NCBI GenBank assembly: GCA_004431415.1
Contig: QPMI01000584.1
Span: 1 to 64,000 of the forward strand
Reading direction: 5' to 3'
From: Cyanophora paradoxa CCMP329
Taxonomy: Eukaryota; Plantae; Glaucophyta
Length of the DNA: 64,000 nucleotides
A model generated the notes under the pieces. It did not search any database and was not told the origin of the DNA. It worked only from the letters and a program-made list of their open reading frames with translations. Positions 44,809-55,180 of this stretch are shown piece by piece. Numbering within the stretch: position 1 is the first letter of the stretch; every line of letters begins with the position of its first letter. The position numbers and the translations under genes were made by a program.

Positions 44809-45663
44809 ATGGCGGCGAAACCGATGTCATATTTGGAGCGCTTAAAGGAAGCCTTGCGCGACCTGTGTGGCTCTGATGATTTCCATGACTATGTAAGCTT
44901 AGGAAGTAACAAAAACCTTGGGTTGCTCTCAACCAAACTGAAAAAATACGATTTAGACCTACATCATCTCCCTCGGGATTCCCCTACATGTGCATGCACG
45001 CATGATATAGTGGAGCAGTGTTATATATTGCATGTCGCCAAAAAGATCCCTGTTGTTGTTGGAAATTGCTGTATAAAACGCTTTATTCCCAAAGAGTTCC
45101 GCTGTGATGTTTGTAAGCACTGTGGGGATCGTCATAGGAACCGCAAAGACAACTACTGTAAGAAATGTCGCCCACTCATTGCACGTCAGAGGTGGATCGA
45201 AGAACAGCATGAACGAATGAAAGAAGAAGAAGCGGAGAGAGAGCAAAGAGCAGAACGCATTAGATTATTCGAGGAACACCAGAGGATGTTTGAGGAACAC
45301 CAAAGGCGCCTCAGGGACGAAAAATGGCTTGAACGCTTTCAGAAAGAAATGAATTTAAGAGCGTTCGCGATGTGGGCAACGGACTTCATTGAATCAATGG
45401 AAGAAAGCCGTGAGGACGATATTGAGAAGTTCAGAGCTGACAGAAAGCAATTCATAAATCGGTTAGCAGAGTGCAGTTCGCTCGATGGGGTTCAGGTTAC
45501 CATAGGTTTTCGAGTCCCATTGAACAGGAAGGATATACCAAAATCCCTCAATTGCAATAGGGTTAGGGTTTTCACATGGGAAACGACTACTGTCGAGCAA
45601 ACCATTGAACTACTCAAAAAACACTTCACGATGGATTATATAAACATAACCGTAGAAACGTAA
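44809..45663 (+). CDS. Cys-rich zinc-binding protein with coiled coil
   Basis: CACTH..., VVGNCCIKRF, CKHC, CKKC; charged helical middle region. Confidence 0.75.
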   Translation: MAAKPMSYLERLKEALRDLCGSDDFHDYVSLGSNKNLGLLSTKLKKYDLDLHHLPRDSPTCACTHDIVEQCYILHVAKKIPVVVGNCCIKRFIPKEFRCDVCKHCGDRHRNRKDNYCKKCRPLIARQRWIEEQHERMKEEEAEREQRAERIRLFEEHQRMFEEHQRRLRDEKWLERFQKEMNLRAFAMWATDFIESMEESREDDIEKFRADRKQFINRLAECSSLDGVQVTIGFRVPLNRKDIPKSLNCNRVRVFTWETTTVEQTIELLKKHFTMDYINITVET

Positions 45664-45705
45664 GCCGATTGTATACGTTGTAAATTACTGACGTTTTTTG
45701 TTTTT

Positions 45706-45920
45706 CGATAGGGTGGGGAGGGTGGGGTGAGGTGGGGCATTTTTTGAGTTCCAATAAAAAATTCTCCCACCCAAACATTTTGGGCAAAAAAGACCCCACC
45801 CAACCCCACCCTCCCACCCTGTATTAACAACCATGATTTACACTGAAATTCAATGTGTTTTAAGTTATAAAAATAAGATATATCAATGTTAGAATGAAAC
45901 CAGGTGGGTGTAGGGTGGGG
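45706..45920. repeat. Internal copy of the TIR GGTGGGG iteron cassette, abutting the helicase stop codon
   Basis: CGATAGGGTGGGG..GGGTGGGGTGAGGTGGGGCATTTTT...CAAAAAAGACCCCACCCAACCCCAC...GGGTGGGG, directly followed by TCA (stop on minus strand) at 45921. Confidence 0.88.
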
Positions 45921-48514
45921 TCAGGCTTCCACATCTGAATCCTCGAATTTGGTGCCCCTTTTCTTTGGTTGCGGCTGAGGAGAATCATCTTCTTTAATCG
46001 AATCATCATCGATTAGCTTCAACTTTCGGAATTCAGCCATCATCTCATTCCACAGGAAGTGATAGTTAGATTTTCCATTGGTCGTTTTCACTTGAATATA
46101 TGTAGTCGTGCGCATCTCAGTATAGAACCGCTTGCTATTATAATCGTTTTTATATTTGTTTTCAGAGATGAAGTCTTTGAACAGCTCCCATGTCGATGCA
46201 AGACCGCCCAGCTTGGTTTTCAGCTCTGTAACCCGCTCACTATCGACAAGCCACTTCGCAAACATAAGAATAATCGGTGCAGCCGCTTGCTGAACTAAGT
46301 AGTATCGGTTTGTAAGCGGTCTGTCTTGACTCCAATTGACTTTCTCGCAATTTACTTTCGTCCTGAGATACTGAACGATATTTCGAATATTTCTCATATC
46401 ATTCAGCCACTCAACAAGCGGGGCGAAATAATCCTTATTACAGCGCTGTTTGTCACTCACCTCAATGACCACAAAGCGACGATCATCAGCCTCGATCTTG
46501 ACAGGGACAGTATTGTTGCTTGTGAAAACGATTCGCGCGAAATTCTTCTTATCATACGAGTCTATTCCTTTGTGCTCAATTACAATCTTCGGGGCTGTGA
46601 CTATATCTTTGAGAAGGTCGCTATGTTCAAAGGTATCCTTTCCAGACGCTTCATTTACCACAATCATAATCTTATCCTCCCGGTTGTGAGCAAATCGCCC
46701 GAATAGATCATCCTTTGGCTTGGCTGTCGAGTATGCCAATGCATCACCGAGGATCTTCTTCTCAAAGGTATCAATGAGCATATTCTTTCCAGCGCCTTGG
46801 CGACCTAGGAAGATGAGGGACACGTTATTTAGTTCCCCCGGCTTTTGCATCATGTGGGCAAACCACTTTTTAAGATAATCGAATGTCTTATCATCTTCGC
46901 CTGACATTAAATATAGATGTGTCAGAAAAGGCTGAATCATCTCTTCTGTCACATCCTCGGGGGCGGCTCCTCGAATTCTTCATGATCAATCTTGAATCCA
47001 GGGTAGAGATTAAACACAGACTTGCATTTCGCGCTCAGCTTTGCAGGAGGCGGCAGGAAATCCATATAAGTGGATCGTGTCGCCCTTGGGTCAGTAATCC
47101 ATTCAGGTAGCGTTTTTACCCACTTTTCGGTTTGGTTCTCAGTCCCTCATTGAGAATCACCTTGTGAAACAGATGGGGAAAATGTTTGGTCGCCAATTTC
47201 GTAATATCTTTCGGTCGCCAGGATAATAGCTGTTCATCCCAATACATGACAGTGCCGATGCTCTCGATGTGATGCAGCCTCGCATTTAAATATCGCAGAT
47301 GGACTTCAAAGCTATCGACCATAGGTGGAATGGGGGCAGTCTTGTAGTCAATATCGTCGGAATCCTCAGGCTGAAACGAATATTTCTTGGGGAATAGCTT
47401 ATTATAACTGTCGCTGTTATCCTTTTTCAGCCAGTAAACAATCGAACCGAATGTGACTCGCTTCCCTTCCACCATTTTCTTGCCTTTGCAAAGGCTCATG
47501 AACTTCTCATGACAGTCATCATATTCATATTTTTCGCTCTACTTGTTGCTTGCGAGGGATATTGTTGTCTTCGCAAGTATTGATTATAGCAATACCTACG
47601 TCGATCCATGTCTTATATTCATTAGCTCGCTCGCCACTGAGGCTCATAATGACTTCTTGCAACAGTTCAAACGAAACCTTATTATCTTTGAGATCCTCCA
47701 ACACCTCCTCCTTCTTCTTCACAGGTTCTTTACAGGGCTTGTCCTTAACAGACTTGGGCGCCACCGTTTGCTTAGGTTCCTCAGGCTTTGTAGCTTCCTT
47801 TGGTTTATCGACCGCAAAGGCTGACATGGTGTCTACTTCCACCCACTTAGTGGGGCGATCGAAACATTGCACCAGGAAAAAACCATCGTGCATGCCTTCT
47901 TTCTCGCAATCAATAAACTTAGTGAACACCACATTCTTATCGACATCGTGCTTTGATTTGCTTTGAGCGTCCAAAGCTTCGCCTTTGCAGCAACGGAGGC
48001 AGATCAGGTTTTGAGTTGTTCCATAAACGCCACTATCGAATTCGACATTTTTGATGAGACCCATCGCTTTAAAAAGCTTTGGAATGTCTTCGTGGCGGCA
48101 GACCAGATCGGTAAATACGAAATGCCCGGAAATCTTGAACTTAGTGACATTCTCTTTGATTAAATGAACCCGGCGATGGCGAACAGCAACCGCAATTGTA
48201 GATCCCGACAGGGTTTGCAATTTCTTGCGCATTTCCCTGATGATCTCTTCGGCTTCCTTATAGTTGTCGGCTACATCAGGTTTCAGATCAACGAACTTGT
48301 CCAGATCCAGATAAACACGAGTCACTTGATCAGGTTGTATGCATTCCGCCCATGTAGGATAGGTCATATTGTCCCGTTTCTTTGAGTTATTGATGCGCTC
48401 AATAATTTCATCATCGGTTAACTCAACCAAATTAGACGTATTGCGAGAACCAGTCAGACATTTCAGAAAGGTGCCCTTGACATTAGAGAATGCGAATTTC
48501 GTGATAGCGTCCAT
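45921..48514 (-). pseudogene. AEP primase-polymerase + PriCT-2 + SF3 (NrS-1-like) helicase, frameshifted into three ORFs
   Basis: RVYLDLD, SGHFVF and FDSGVY (AEP); YKTWIDVGIAI and VTFGSIVYWLKKDN (PriCT-2); GRQGAGKN, VNEA, FTSNN and DDRRF (SF3). Confidence 0.85.
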
Positions 48515-48660
48515 CTTCTCTGTTTTACTCTAAGCGGAGAAAATATTTTTCAGGTTGTTCATTTTTTGCGCATTATCCTTAAATCCCTTTACAGTTTTTT
48601 CCCGATGATAAAATCGATTAGCATCGGGGCAATCGATAGTATGGTAAGGAGCTTCCCGAT

Positions 48661-48954
48661 TTACATCGGAAAGCCGCACGAAAAATAAGGAATGCGCTCA
48701 GCGGCAATCGAGAGTTTGCGTTTTCTAATACTTACGGGGCGCCCCCGCTTTCCCATATGGCTTCCCTCCTCGGCTTTGCGACGATAATACGATTCCAAAG
48801 CCATCTTCTTCTTGAATTCGCGATATTCGGGATCCTCGTTATACCGATTCCGCATTTTGATGATTTCACGGATCCGATAATTAAGTCCGTCGCCTTTCTT
48901 CATGTCCTCAGTGACAAGCTTTGCCTCAATATTTACAGCAGCGATGGTGGTCAT
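48661..48954 (-). CDS. Small basic AT-hook-like protein
   Basis: RYNEDPEYREFKKKMALESYYRRKA...KRGRP. Confidence 0.75.
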   Translation of the reverse strand: MTTIAAVNIEAKLVTEDMKKGDGLNYRIREIIKMRNRYNEDPEYREFKKKMALESYYRRKAEEGSHMGKRGRPVSIRKRKLSIAAERIPYFSCGFPM

Positions 48955-49004
48955 CTTTTCGTTCCTTACTATAAGCGGAGAAAATATTTTATCAGTCGTA
49001 TTTC

Positions 49005-49145
49005 CTATTTCTTCTTTAAATCATTTTCTGAGCTGTCATTTTTTGTGATCGAAGCGAGTTCTTCTCTACGTTTTTTAATAGCGACTTCCAATGCGTATTG
49101 CGCGCGTTTCCTGTATAGGATCGCGTAGAGATCGGGGTCGGGCAT
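49005..49145 (-). CDS. Conserved 46-aa micro-protein (not in the ORF track)
   Basis: Translates as MPDPDLYAILYRKRAQYALEVAIKKRREELASITKNDSSENDLKKK; homolog of 6972-7082. Confidence 0.6.
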   Translation of the reverse strand: MPDPDLYAILYRKRAQYALEVAIKKRREELASITKNDSSENDLKKK

Positions 49146-49172
49146 TCGATACTATTTAACGCGAAAATAGTT

Positions 49173-49520
49173 TCAGCGATCGTATTCGCCCAAATAAAGC
49201 GGATTTATTGGCGGATACGGGGAATCAACGCGAAAATGACCTTCCACGGAATTAGGGCACGAGCGGCGTCTTATATAGGATACTTGCACGTCTTCTATTG
49301 CTGTCTGTGGGACTATATTGGAGTTCGCAGGCACAGGCGAGGGCGATTGAGATCGGGGACGATCGTGATTATCACTGTGGTTGGAATATACAGATGATCG
49401 CCTACCTCCATTATCCTCGTCCGAAATGTCAAACTCTACGGTTGTGTCGCAGCATCCGGACTTACAGTGAGATATGAAATGCAGGTGAAACATCTCAATG
49501 CATTGTGTGATGAAATTCAT
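49173..49520 (-). CDS. Small protein with HxxSxCxSGCC motif
   Basis: Homolog of 7309-7563; start placed at the aligned Met (MNFITQ). Confidence 0.7.
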   Translation of the reverse strand: MNFITQCIEMFHLHFISHCKSGCCDTTVEFDISDEDNGGRRSSVYSNHSDNHDRPRSQSPSPVPANSNIVPQTAIEDVQVSYIRRRSCPNSVEGHFRVDSPYPPINPLYLGEYDR

Positions 49521-49720
49521 CGACCCTAATATTGCACAACGTATTAAATATTGGAGAAAAGAAAAGGGAATGAGGGTGTTACTTGCTCGCCTGTTCCCAT
49601 ACGAATTAGTCGACCTTATAATGGTGTTTGTGGAGCCGACCTGTCCCTTTTGCAAGGGAATTCATATTAAGACCCGCTCTAAATACGGGCGGATTCATTT
49701 ATGTTTGAACGACTTGCACA

Positions 49721-50392
49721 TTAGAAGCGACGACGCCCACCGAACATAGATGACAGATTGGCACCCGGCTGTGCATGCACACCCGATGGGTTAACGAAAC
49801 CGCCCGGCTTTGGTGCATTTTCAGCTATGACTGTCTCTTTTCTTTCGACTGTCTGAACATCGGGAACAGTTGCCCGCTTCTTTTCCATTTCCACGCGAAC
49901 AGCTTGTTTAATCAGCTTGCGCTGTTTGTATTCCTTAGTGAAATCATCAAAGGCTCGCACAGTAGTGTCGTATGTAGCTAAACGCGCTTCCAGTGCCCTA
50001 AACTTCTCCTCTAATTCCTGACCGACTTTCTCGCCCTTGGTCACATAGACAGATGCCCGCTTTTTAGGGGCTTCCATCGATGCAGGTAAAGCGGCTGTTG
50101 CTTCGGCTTTTACCACCTTATTATCGGTTAGCTTTTCGCCTGTGAGCTGTGATTCGGCGAGGGATTGATCCGCCAGCTTTCTATCAGTGGAATCGACCGG
50201 CTCCCGCTTAGCATCCACCTTTTGAGCACGCTCTGAAACCTTTGTATTCGGGTCAATCAGATCGAAATCTATTTGGTCAGAAGCGGCAGCACCGCCAGTG
50301 CGACCGGCATCCTCCGCAGGATTAATCTTGCCAGCGACAACAGCGCTTTGATCTTCCATTTGGATAGCTTTCCGCGAGTTCTTGGGTGGCAT
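49721..50392 (-). CDS. Coiled-coil protein, possibly virion core
   Basis: Syntenic homolog of 7586-8320. Confidence 0.7.
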   Translation of the reverse strand: MPPKNSRKAIQMEDQSAVVAGKINPAEDAGRTGGAAASDQIDFDLIDPNTKVSERAQKVDAKREPVDSTDRKLADQSLAESQLTGEKLTDNKVVKAEATAALPASMEAPKKRASVYVTKGEKVGQELEEKFRALEARLATYDTTVRAFDDFTKEYKQRKLIKQAVRVEMEKKRATVPDVQTVERKETVIAENAPKPGGFVNPSGVHAQPGANLSSMFGGRRRF

Positions 50393-50415
50393 TTATCATT
50401 ATGCGAGAAATTTAT

Positions 50416-51339
50416 TCAAAATTTACCCAATTTCTTTGCAAATTTTGGGCGGCGCTTTTCTTGGTATGCCAGCAATAGATTGGGGTCTTTAAGTAGGTCG
50501 GCTTCGATTATTCTTTTGGTGGATCGCTTTAAGGTGGCGACGTTTCCACTCACAGGTTTCGTTATATCGGTGGTTTGGGGTTGGTCGCCATTTACCTCTG
50601 TGGAGCTCTGTTTTACCGGCTGTTTACCAGCGGGCTTTATCTCTTCCACCGCTTTTTTAAAGAACCGCTTGAATTTATATTCGTCAGGCACCGGATCAGC
50701 CTTGCCCACAGAGAATTCCAGGCTATATTTCGAGTTGTCAATGCAGATAACCTGATAGCTGTGACTGTATTCGTTCATCACCTTCTCAAACCAATGCTTT
50801 TCGTATGGATTAAACTCGTCCTCAGCACTCTCCATCTCTTTTCTGTTGGGCAGCGAGAATAGAAAGATATATTCGGAGTTAACCCTAAGTGTCGGCGAAA
50901 TCTTAGTGAGTTTTTGTGACAGAATCCACACAGATATGAATAAATGGCGCCCCGACGTGAATAGCTGATTTAATATAGGTTCACCTCTTCCTGACATCGA
51001 AAGACTTGGATTGTCAATGAAATCATCGAGTATGATTAACAGGTTACCGACTTTCTCCTTTTTCTTGATTCGCTCCTTGCGTTTCTGTATTATATTGTCG
51101 ATCAGCTTATGATCGAAATCCTCATACAAATACGATGTGACATTGTCATATTGATGGTTCCAGATCGTGGAAGCGAATATCATCACCGAATCTATCTTGT
51201 CCTCGTTGTGGTAAAGCAGGTATTTTAAGAATACTGACTTACCTACTCCCGTTTTTCCGACAGCAAGTAAACGGCAAGGGAATGAAAGACTTGCCGGGTC
51301 GAATTCCGCAAGATCTTCTATACTCACGTTTCCAGTCAT
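50416..51339 (-). CDS. A32-like packaging ATPase
   Basis: GKTGVGKS, IILDD and TSGRH...ILSQ motifs. Confidence 0.92.
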   Translation of the reverse strand: MTGNVSIEDLAEFDPASLSFPCRLLAVGKTGVGKSVFLKYLLYHNEDKIDSVMIFASTIWNHQYDNVTSYLYEDFDHKLIDNIIQKRKERIKKKEKVGNLLIILDDFIDNPSLSMSGRGEPILNQLFTSGRHLFISVWILSQKLTKISPTLRVNSEYIFLFSLPNRKEMESAEDEFNPYEKHWFEKVMNEYSHSYQVICIDNSKYSLEFSVGKADPVPDEYKFKRFFKKAVEEIKPAGKQPVKQSSTEVNGDQPQTTDITKPVSGNVATLKRSTKRIIEADLLKDPNLLLAYQEKRRPKFAKKLGKF

Positions 51340-51391
51340 ATTTGCTTTCCCTTATAAGAAACAAAATAAAAATTACGAAACGCGACAGTCC

Positions 51392-52840
51392 TCATGCCGT
51401 CACTCTAGACAATCCATTGGCATTCATTACAAGAATATTGTGGCAGTAAGCCGAGATCTGAACACCGACCTTTGTCCAGGTGGCGAGGGGTGTGCCATTG
51501 GGTGTGAGGAGCAGGAAACTTGAAGCTGATTGTGTTAGATCGACATAGCCAGTCGCCTTCTCACCTTTGAGCGCCGCTTTACCATCGAGGGCAAAGCAGA
51601 AGCCAGTGTAAATGGGGCGCTTGTTGCTATCGATCCAGTTAGTCATCTTGAATTTATCGGCGAGCTCCATAGCCGCGGATTGCAGCGGGACACCAGTGTT
51701 GGAATATAGGTAATTGTTGTTATTTAGAACTTGCATCACGACATTATCATCGAAGGCAAGGGTGCGGACAGTAGAGTGCCCTCCGAAATTGTTGCCGAGT
51801 GCATTTTCGTCGCGAATCTTGACAACAAGTGCGTAAACAAGTCCAGAAATTTGAGATAGTGACAGGCGGAGACCGGAGCCGAGAGCTTGACCGGTATAAT
51901 CCGCAAACTGAATATCAGTGTATGGGATGGCGATGCCAGAGGTCTTAACACGAGTAATGATTTCGCCCATCGTTTCCTCATCGATGTTAACAGCATCCAT
52001 AATAAGACGAGGGGTCGTCATTTCCAGATTCGCAAGAGCAGGTGTAGGTGTGAGAGCCGCACTATCGAAAATCGCAGTGGCACCCGAGTGAGCTAAGGTC
52101 TTAATATTTCCGAAAGCAGCCGCTTGAGCAAGCGTTGTCTCGCCATCAGTAGAATTGGTCGCAGTAATTGCAGCGGCGTTATTCTGAGCGTAAACGCCAG
52201 GAACCGCCGCAGTTTCGAGAAGCGCAGGGGTTTGGAAATATACTTCGACCGCGATTTCGGATGGGAGCGCACCGATGGGCACGCCAGCATCGAGGAAACT
52301 CGGAATTCGCATGGTAAAAATGCCGCCAGCTTGGTTGCCGCCCTCTACCTTCGGTCCGAGATGCAGCCCATGCTTGCGCTTCTTTTGGTCGAATTCAGCC
52401 GGAGTGTTAGCCAGGAAAGCGTAATCTACCAGTCGCTCAGCCGGAATAATTTGCTCATACGACCCGTATTTAATGCTGACTCGCTGAACAAACGAGCCAG
52501 GAAGCCCGCGGACGAATCCAGTATTGAATAGATCAGCCGAGCAGTCAGCAGAGGTCTTGGCGATGGCAGTCAGCGCCTTTGCCGTAGGGATGGTAACTTG
52601 GAGGCTAATACCATTGCACCAATTGTAGCGAGGGAGGTAGAAGACCACACGAGTGGTAGCACCAGTAGAGGAGAACAGATTGCCGGGATCCGCAATTGGA
52701 AGCACCTCCACACGAGAAGGCTTGAATTGTTTGTCCACACCCACAATAAATCCGCGATCCAAAAGCATGCTCTTGTAATCCTCCGGGGTTTCGAGGACGG
52801 ATTTGAGCGTGAGGCGGCTAAGCGAGGTCGTGGGATCCAT
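51392..52840 (-). CDS. Major capsid protein (putative double jelly-roll)
   Basis: 482 aa, homolog of 9190-10557, in the canonical position next to the ATPase and penton. Confidence 0.75.
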   Translation of the reverse strand: MDPTTSLSRLTLKSVLETPEDYKSMLLDRGFIVGVDKQFKPSRVEVLPIADPGNLFSSTGATTRVVFYLPRYNWCNGISLQVTIPTAKALTAIAKTSADCSADLFNTGFVRGLPGSFVQRVSIKYGSYEQIIPAERLVDYAFLANTPAEFDQKKRKHGLHLGPKVEGGNQAGGIFTMRIPSFLDAGVPIGALPSEIAVEVYFQTPALLETAAVPGVYAQNNAAAITATNSTDGETTLAQAAAFGNIKTLAHSGATAIFDSAALTPTPALANLEMTTPRLIMDAVNIDEETMGEIITRVKTSGIAIPYTDIQFADYTGQALGSGLRLSLSQISGLVYALVVKIRDENALGNNFGGHSTVRTLAFDDNVVMQVLNNNNYLYSNTGVPLQSAAMELADKFKMTNWIDSNKRPIYTGFCFALDGKAALKGEKATGYVDLTQSASSFLLLTPNGTPLATWTKVGVQISAYCHNILVMNANGLSRVTA

Positions 52841-52873
52841 ATTTCGTTTTTATCTTCCGCTGAGAAATTTATT

Positions 52874-54160
52874 TTAGAAGAACGGATTATTTTTTACAGC
52901 CACCCCGCTCAACGCATTCGTTAAATTGCCGCAATGCGGGTAGTCCTCATATAGCATTTTCGCGAATCCCTTATTAACAATGCGCTGTAAATCGTCGTCG
53001 GGCTCATCCACTCCCATAGTGAGTTCCAAAATGAATGTGTGCTCGCAGCTTCCGAGGAAATACCTATAACCGCTCTCCGTGAGAATTTGAACGGTTAAAC
53101 TATCAAAGGAGAGGCGGGTGTTAAAGTATTTCGTGAAAGCATCCGCCCCATAATTAATTAGCTCAGCATCAGCATAGGCTGTGCCTTTCGAAATCGGGAT
53201 CTTAGCGAGGAATCCATTAGTAGCCTCGGTGCATGTCGTAAAAAGCGAGCAGTCCGGCTCTGTGATCTTTAAAACTATTGCATTATCCGGTGTATAATCA
53301 GGGGCAGTGCCTCCGGCTATGCCTAAGACCAGAGCCGTCGAATTATAATTGCGGAATGCATCACCAGCTGAGTAAACGACACCGCTCCCAGCGAAGGCTG
53401 TGTAGCCCGATCCGTTGTATTGATCTATCATTATATTCTCTCTGATCGATGTAAACCCGAGAAGAGTCATCGTGCGATAGGCGAGCACCTTTCTTTCATT
53501 CGCAGTAGACCCAGTGGCATTACTCGGACCATATTTAGTGAAAGCTATGTAGACATAATCACTCGAATAAAAGCATATGGCATTTAATGTGCTCTCAAAA
53601 CGACATCTCACCACCGGGTAAAAGGTTCCTCCTGTCGATGCGTAGCTTGGATTAATTTTTGTGTCGATCATATCCTTGATGTAGTTGCCAGTTCCATTTT
53701 TCGTTAAGATGTTATCGATTGCAGTTGCAAGGTCGGTTCCAGTCGAGTATGTGCCCGGAGGGATCGTAATTGCTACGTCTCTGTATCGGGTATATCTTCT
53801 GAAAGTGTTTAGGTAATCAGGCGGTATATAGTTGCCTTGGTCGCCAGCATCTATGGCTTTGTAAGCGTCATATATTGCAGTTGCCTGTGAATCTCTGATT
53901 TCCTGAGTGGCACCATTCAGCTGACCGCTCGAAAATCGGTAAGGAAATGATATGAAAATCGTATTAGCATCATCGGCTTTCGTTTCCCCGATCTCAGTAT
54001 AGAATTGAGGGCTTGGAACCGTGGGAATCGTGTTGGAAAATTCGATCTGTCGCACAGCGATGCTCTTCACATTGTGGTATTGCTTTGGAAGGGTCACCTT
54101 ATAGGAATGAGCCGAGCCCTCTGATCGATCACGGCTACTGATGCTGAGATACTCGCGCAT
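52874..54160 (-). CDS. Minor capsid (penton-like) protein 1
   Basis: MREYLSISSRDR...LPKQYHNVKSIAVRQIEFSN; C-terminal EHTFILEL. Confidence 0.75.
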   Translation of the reverse strand: MREYLSISSRDRSEGSAHSYKVTLPKQYHNVKSIAVRQIEFSNTIPTVPSPQFYTEIGETKADDANTIFISFPYRFSSGQLNGATQEIRDSQATAIYDAYKAIDAGDQGNYIPPDYLNTFRRYTRYRDVAITIPPGTYSTGTDLATAIDNILTKNGTGNYIKDMIDTKINPSYASTGGTFYPVVRCRFESTLNAICFYSSDYVYIAFTKYGPSNATGSTANERKVLAYRTMTLLGFTSIRENIMIDQYNGSGYTAFAGSGVVYSAGDAFRNYNSTALVLGIAGGTAPDYTPDNAIVLKITEPDCSLFTTCTEATNGFLAKIPISKGTAYADAELINYGADAFTKYFNTRLSFDSLTVQILTESGYRYFLGSCEHTFILELTMGVDEPDDDLQRIVNKGFAKMLYEDYPHCGNLTNALSGVAVKNNPFF

Positions 54161-54187
54161 TTTATTCTTTATTAATAGGAAATAAAA

Positions 54188-55162
54188 ATGATTCGGAAGC
54201 CAGTTAACGATTTCTATAATGGCAAGTTTACGAGGGTCAATGTTAATATCGATTCTATTGAGCGCAGTGCAGGGCACCCGGGAGAATATACAGTAAAGCT
54301 TTCTCAGCGACTTCTGAACGTAAAAGGGGTGCGCATTGCGAGCGCCGAGCTCCCAAACACGATTTATGCTGTCACCGATAATTCCAGAGGCGTGACCATA
54401 CAGGGAATGACTAACAGCATCACCTTTTCCCCTTTCCCTGACATAGGAAACTACACCCCAGCGATTTGGGGATATGGTAATAAGAACTTAGGCTATTCGG
54501 GCGGTTTTGTCGATGTAAACCCTCTCACAAGCGAAAGCGTCACAGTCTACTACAAGTGGCTCTATAATCCAGCGACAATGAAAATTACTTTTTATTCGAG
54601 CATTCCCCTCACACTGAGCTGTGCACATGACGACTTCGCAAGGTTCCATGGAATGATCAAAGGGGATATTTATCAAACAATTCCAGTTGGTGAGGGTTCA
54701 GAGCATCTCACGGTAGACTATTTACCCCTCACACCCAGCAATCCAAAATACTCATTTCTACAAGCCTATGAGGGCAAAACAAAATACCCCGCCGGAATAT
54801 CTGTGCTTCCATTCCCTCTCGAACATGCAGTGACCTTCCCGAATGCAATCAATTTAAATCCGACCCCCTATGTTTACCTACAAATTAAAGAGTTTACGCC
54901 CTTTTACGACAGGTATATGGTGGCAGCAAAGACAGATGAGGGCGGAAATGCAAACCTCGCTAAGGTTCCACTAACCAGCCCCTTGGGATCGTTTGTTTAC
55001 TACCTGACATTCCGCAGAATCGATACTGTGGAGTTCTTTAATTCCCACGATCAGGCTTATGATATAGACACCCTCACAATTAAATGGCTCGATGCCTACA
55101 ATAATGTAGTCGACTTTAATGGCGTTAATCACAGCTTTATATTAGAGGTGCTATCGGGTTAA
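54188..55162 (+). CDS. Minor capsid (penton-like) protein 2
   Basis: VNIDSIER...NVKGVRIASAELPNT; C-terminal VDFNGVNHSFILEV. Confidence 0.8.
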   Translation: MIRKPVNDFYNGKFTRVNVNIDSIERSAGHPGEYTVKLSQRLLNVKGVRIASAELPNTIYAVTDNSRGVTIQGMTNSITFSPFPDIGNYTPAIWGYGNKNLGYSGGFVDVNPLTSESVTVYYKWLYNPATMKITFYSSIPLTLSCAHDDFARFHGMIKGDIYQTIPVGEGSEHLTVDYLPLTPSNPKYSFLQAYEGKTKYPAGISVLPFPLEHAVTFPNAINLNPTPYVYLQIKEFTPFYDRYMVAAKTDEGGNANLAKVPLTSPLGSFVYYLTFRRIDTVEFFNSHDQAYDIDTLTIKWLDAYNNVVDFNGVNHSFILEVLSG

Positions 55163-55180
55163 AATAATCTTATATTACAA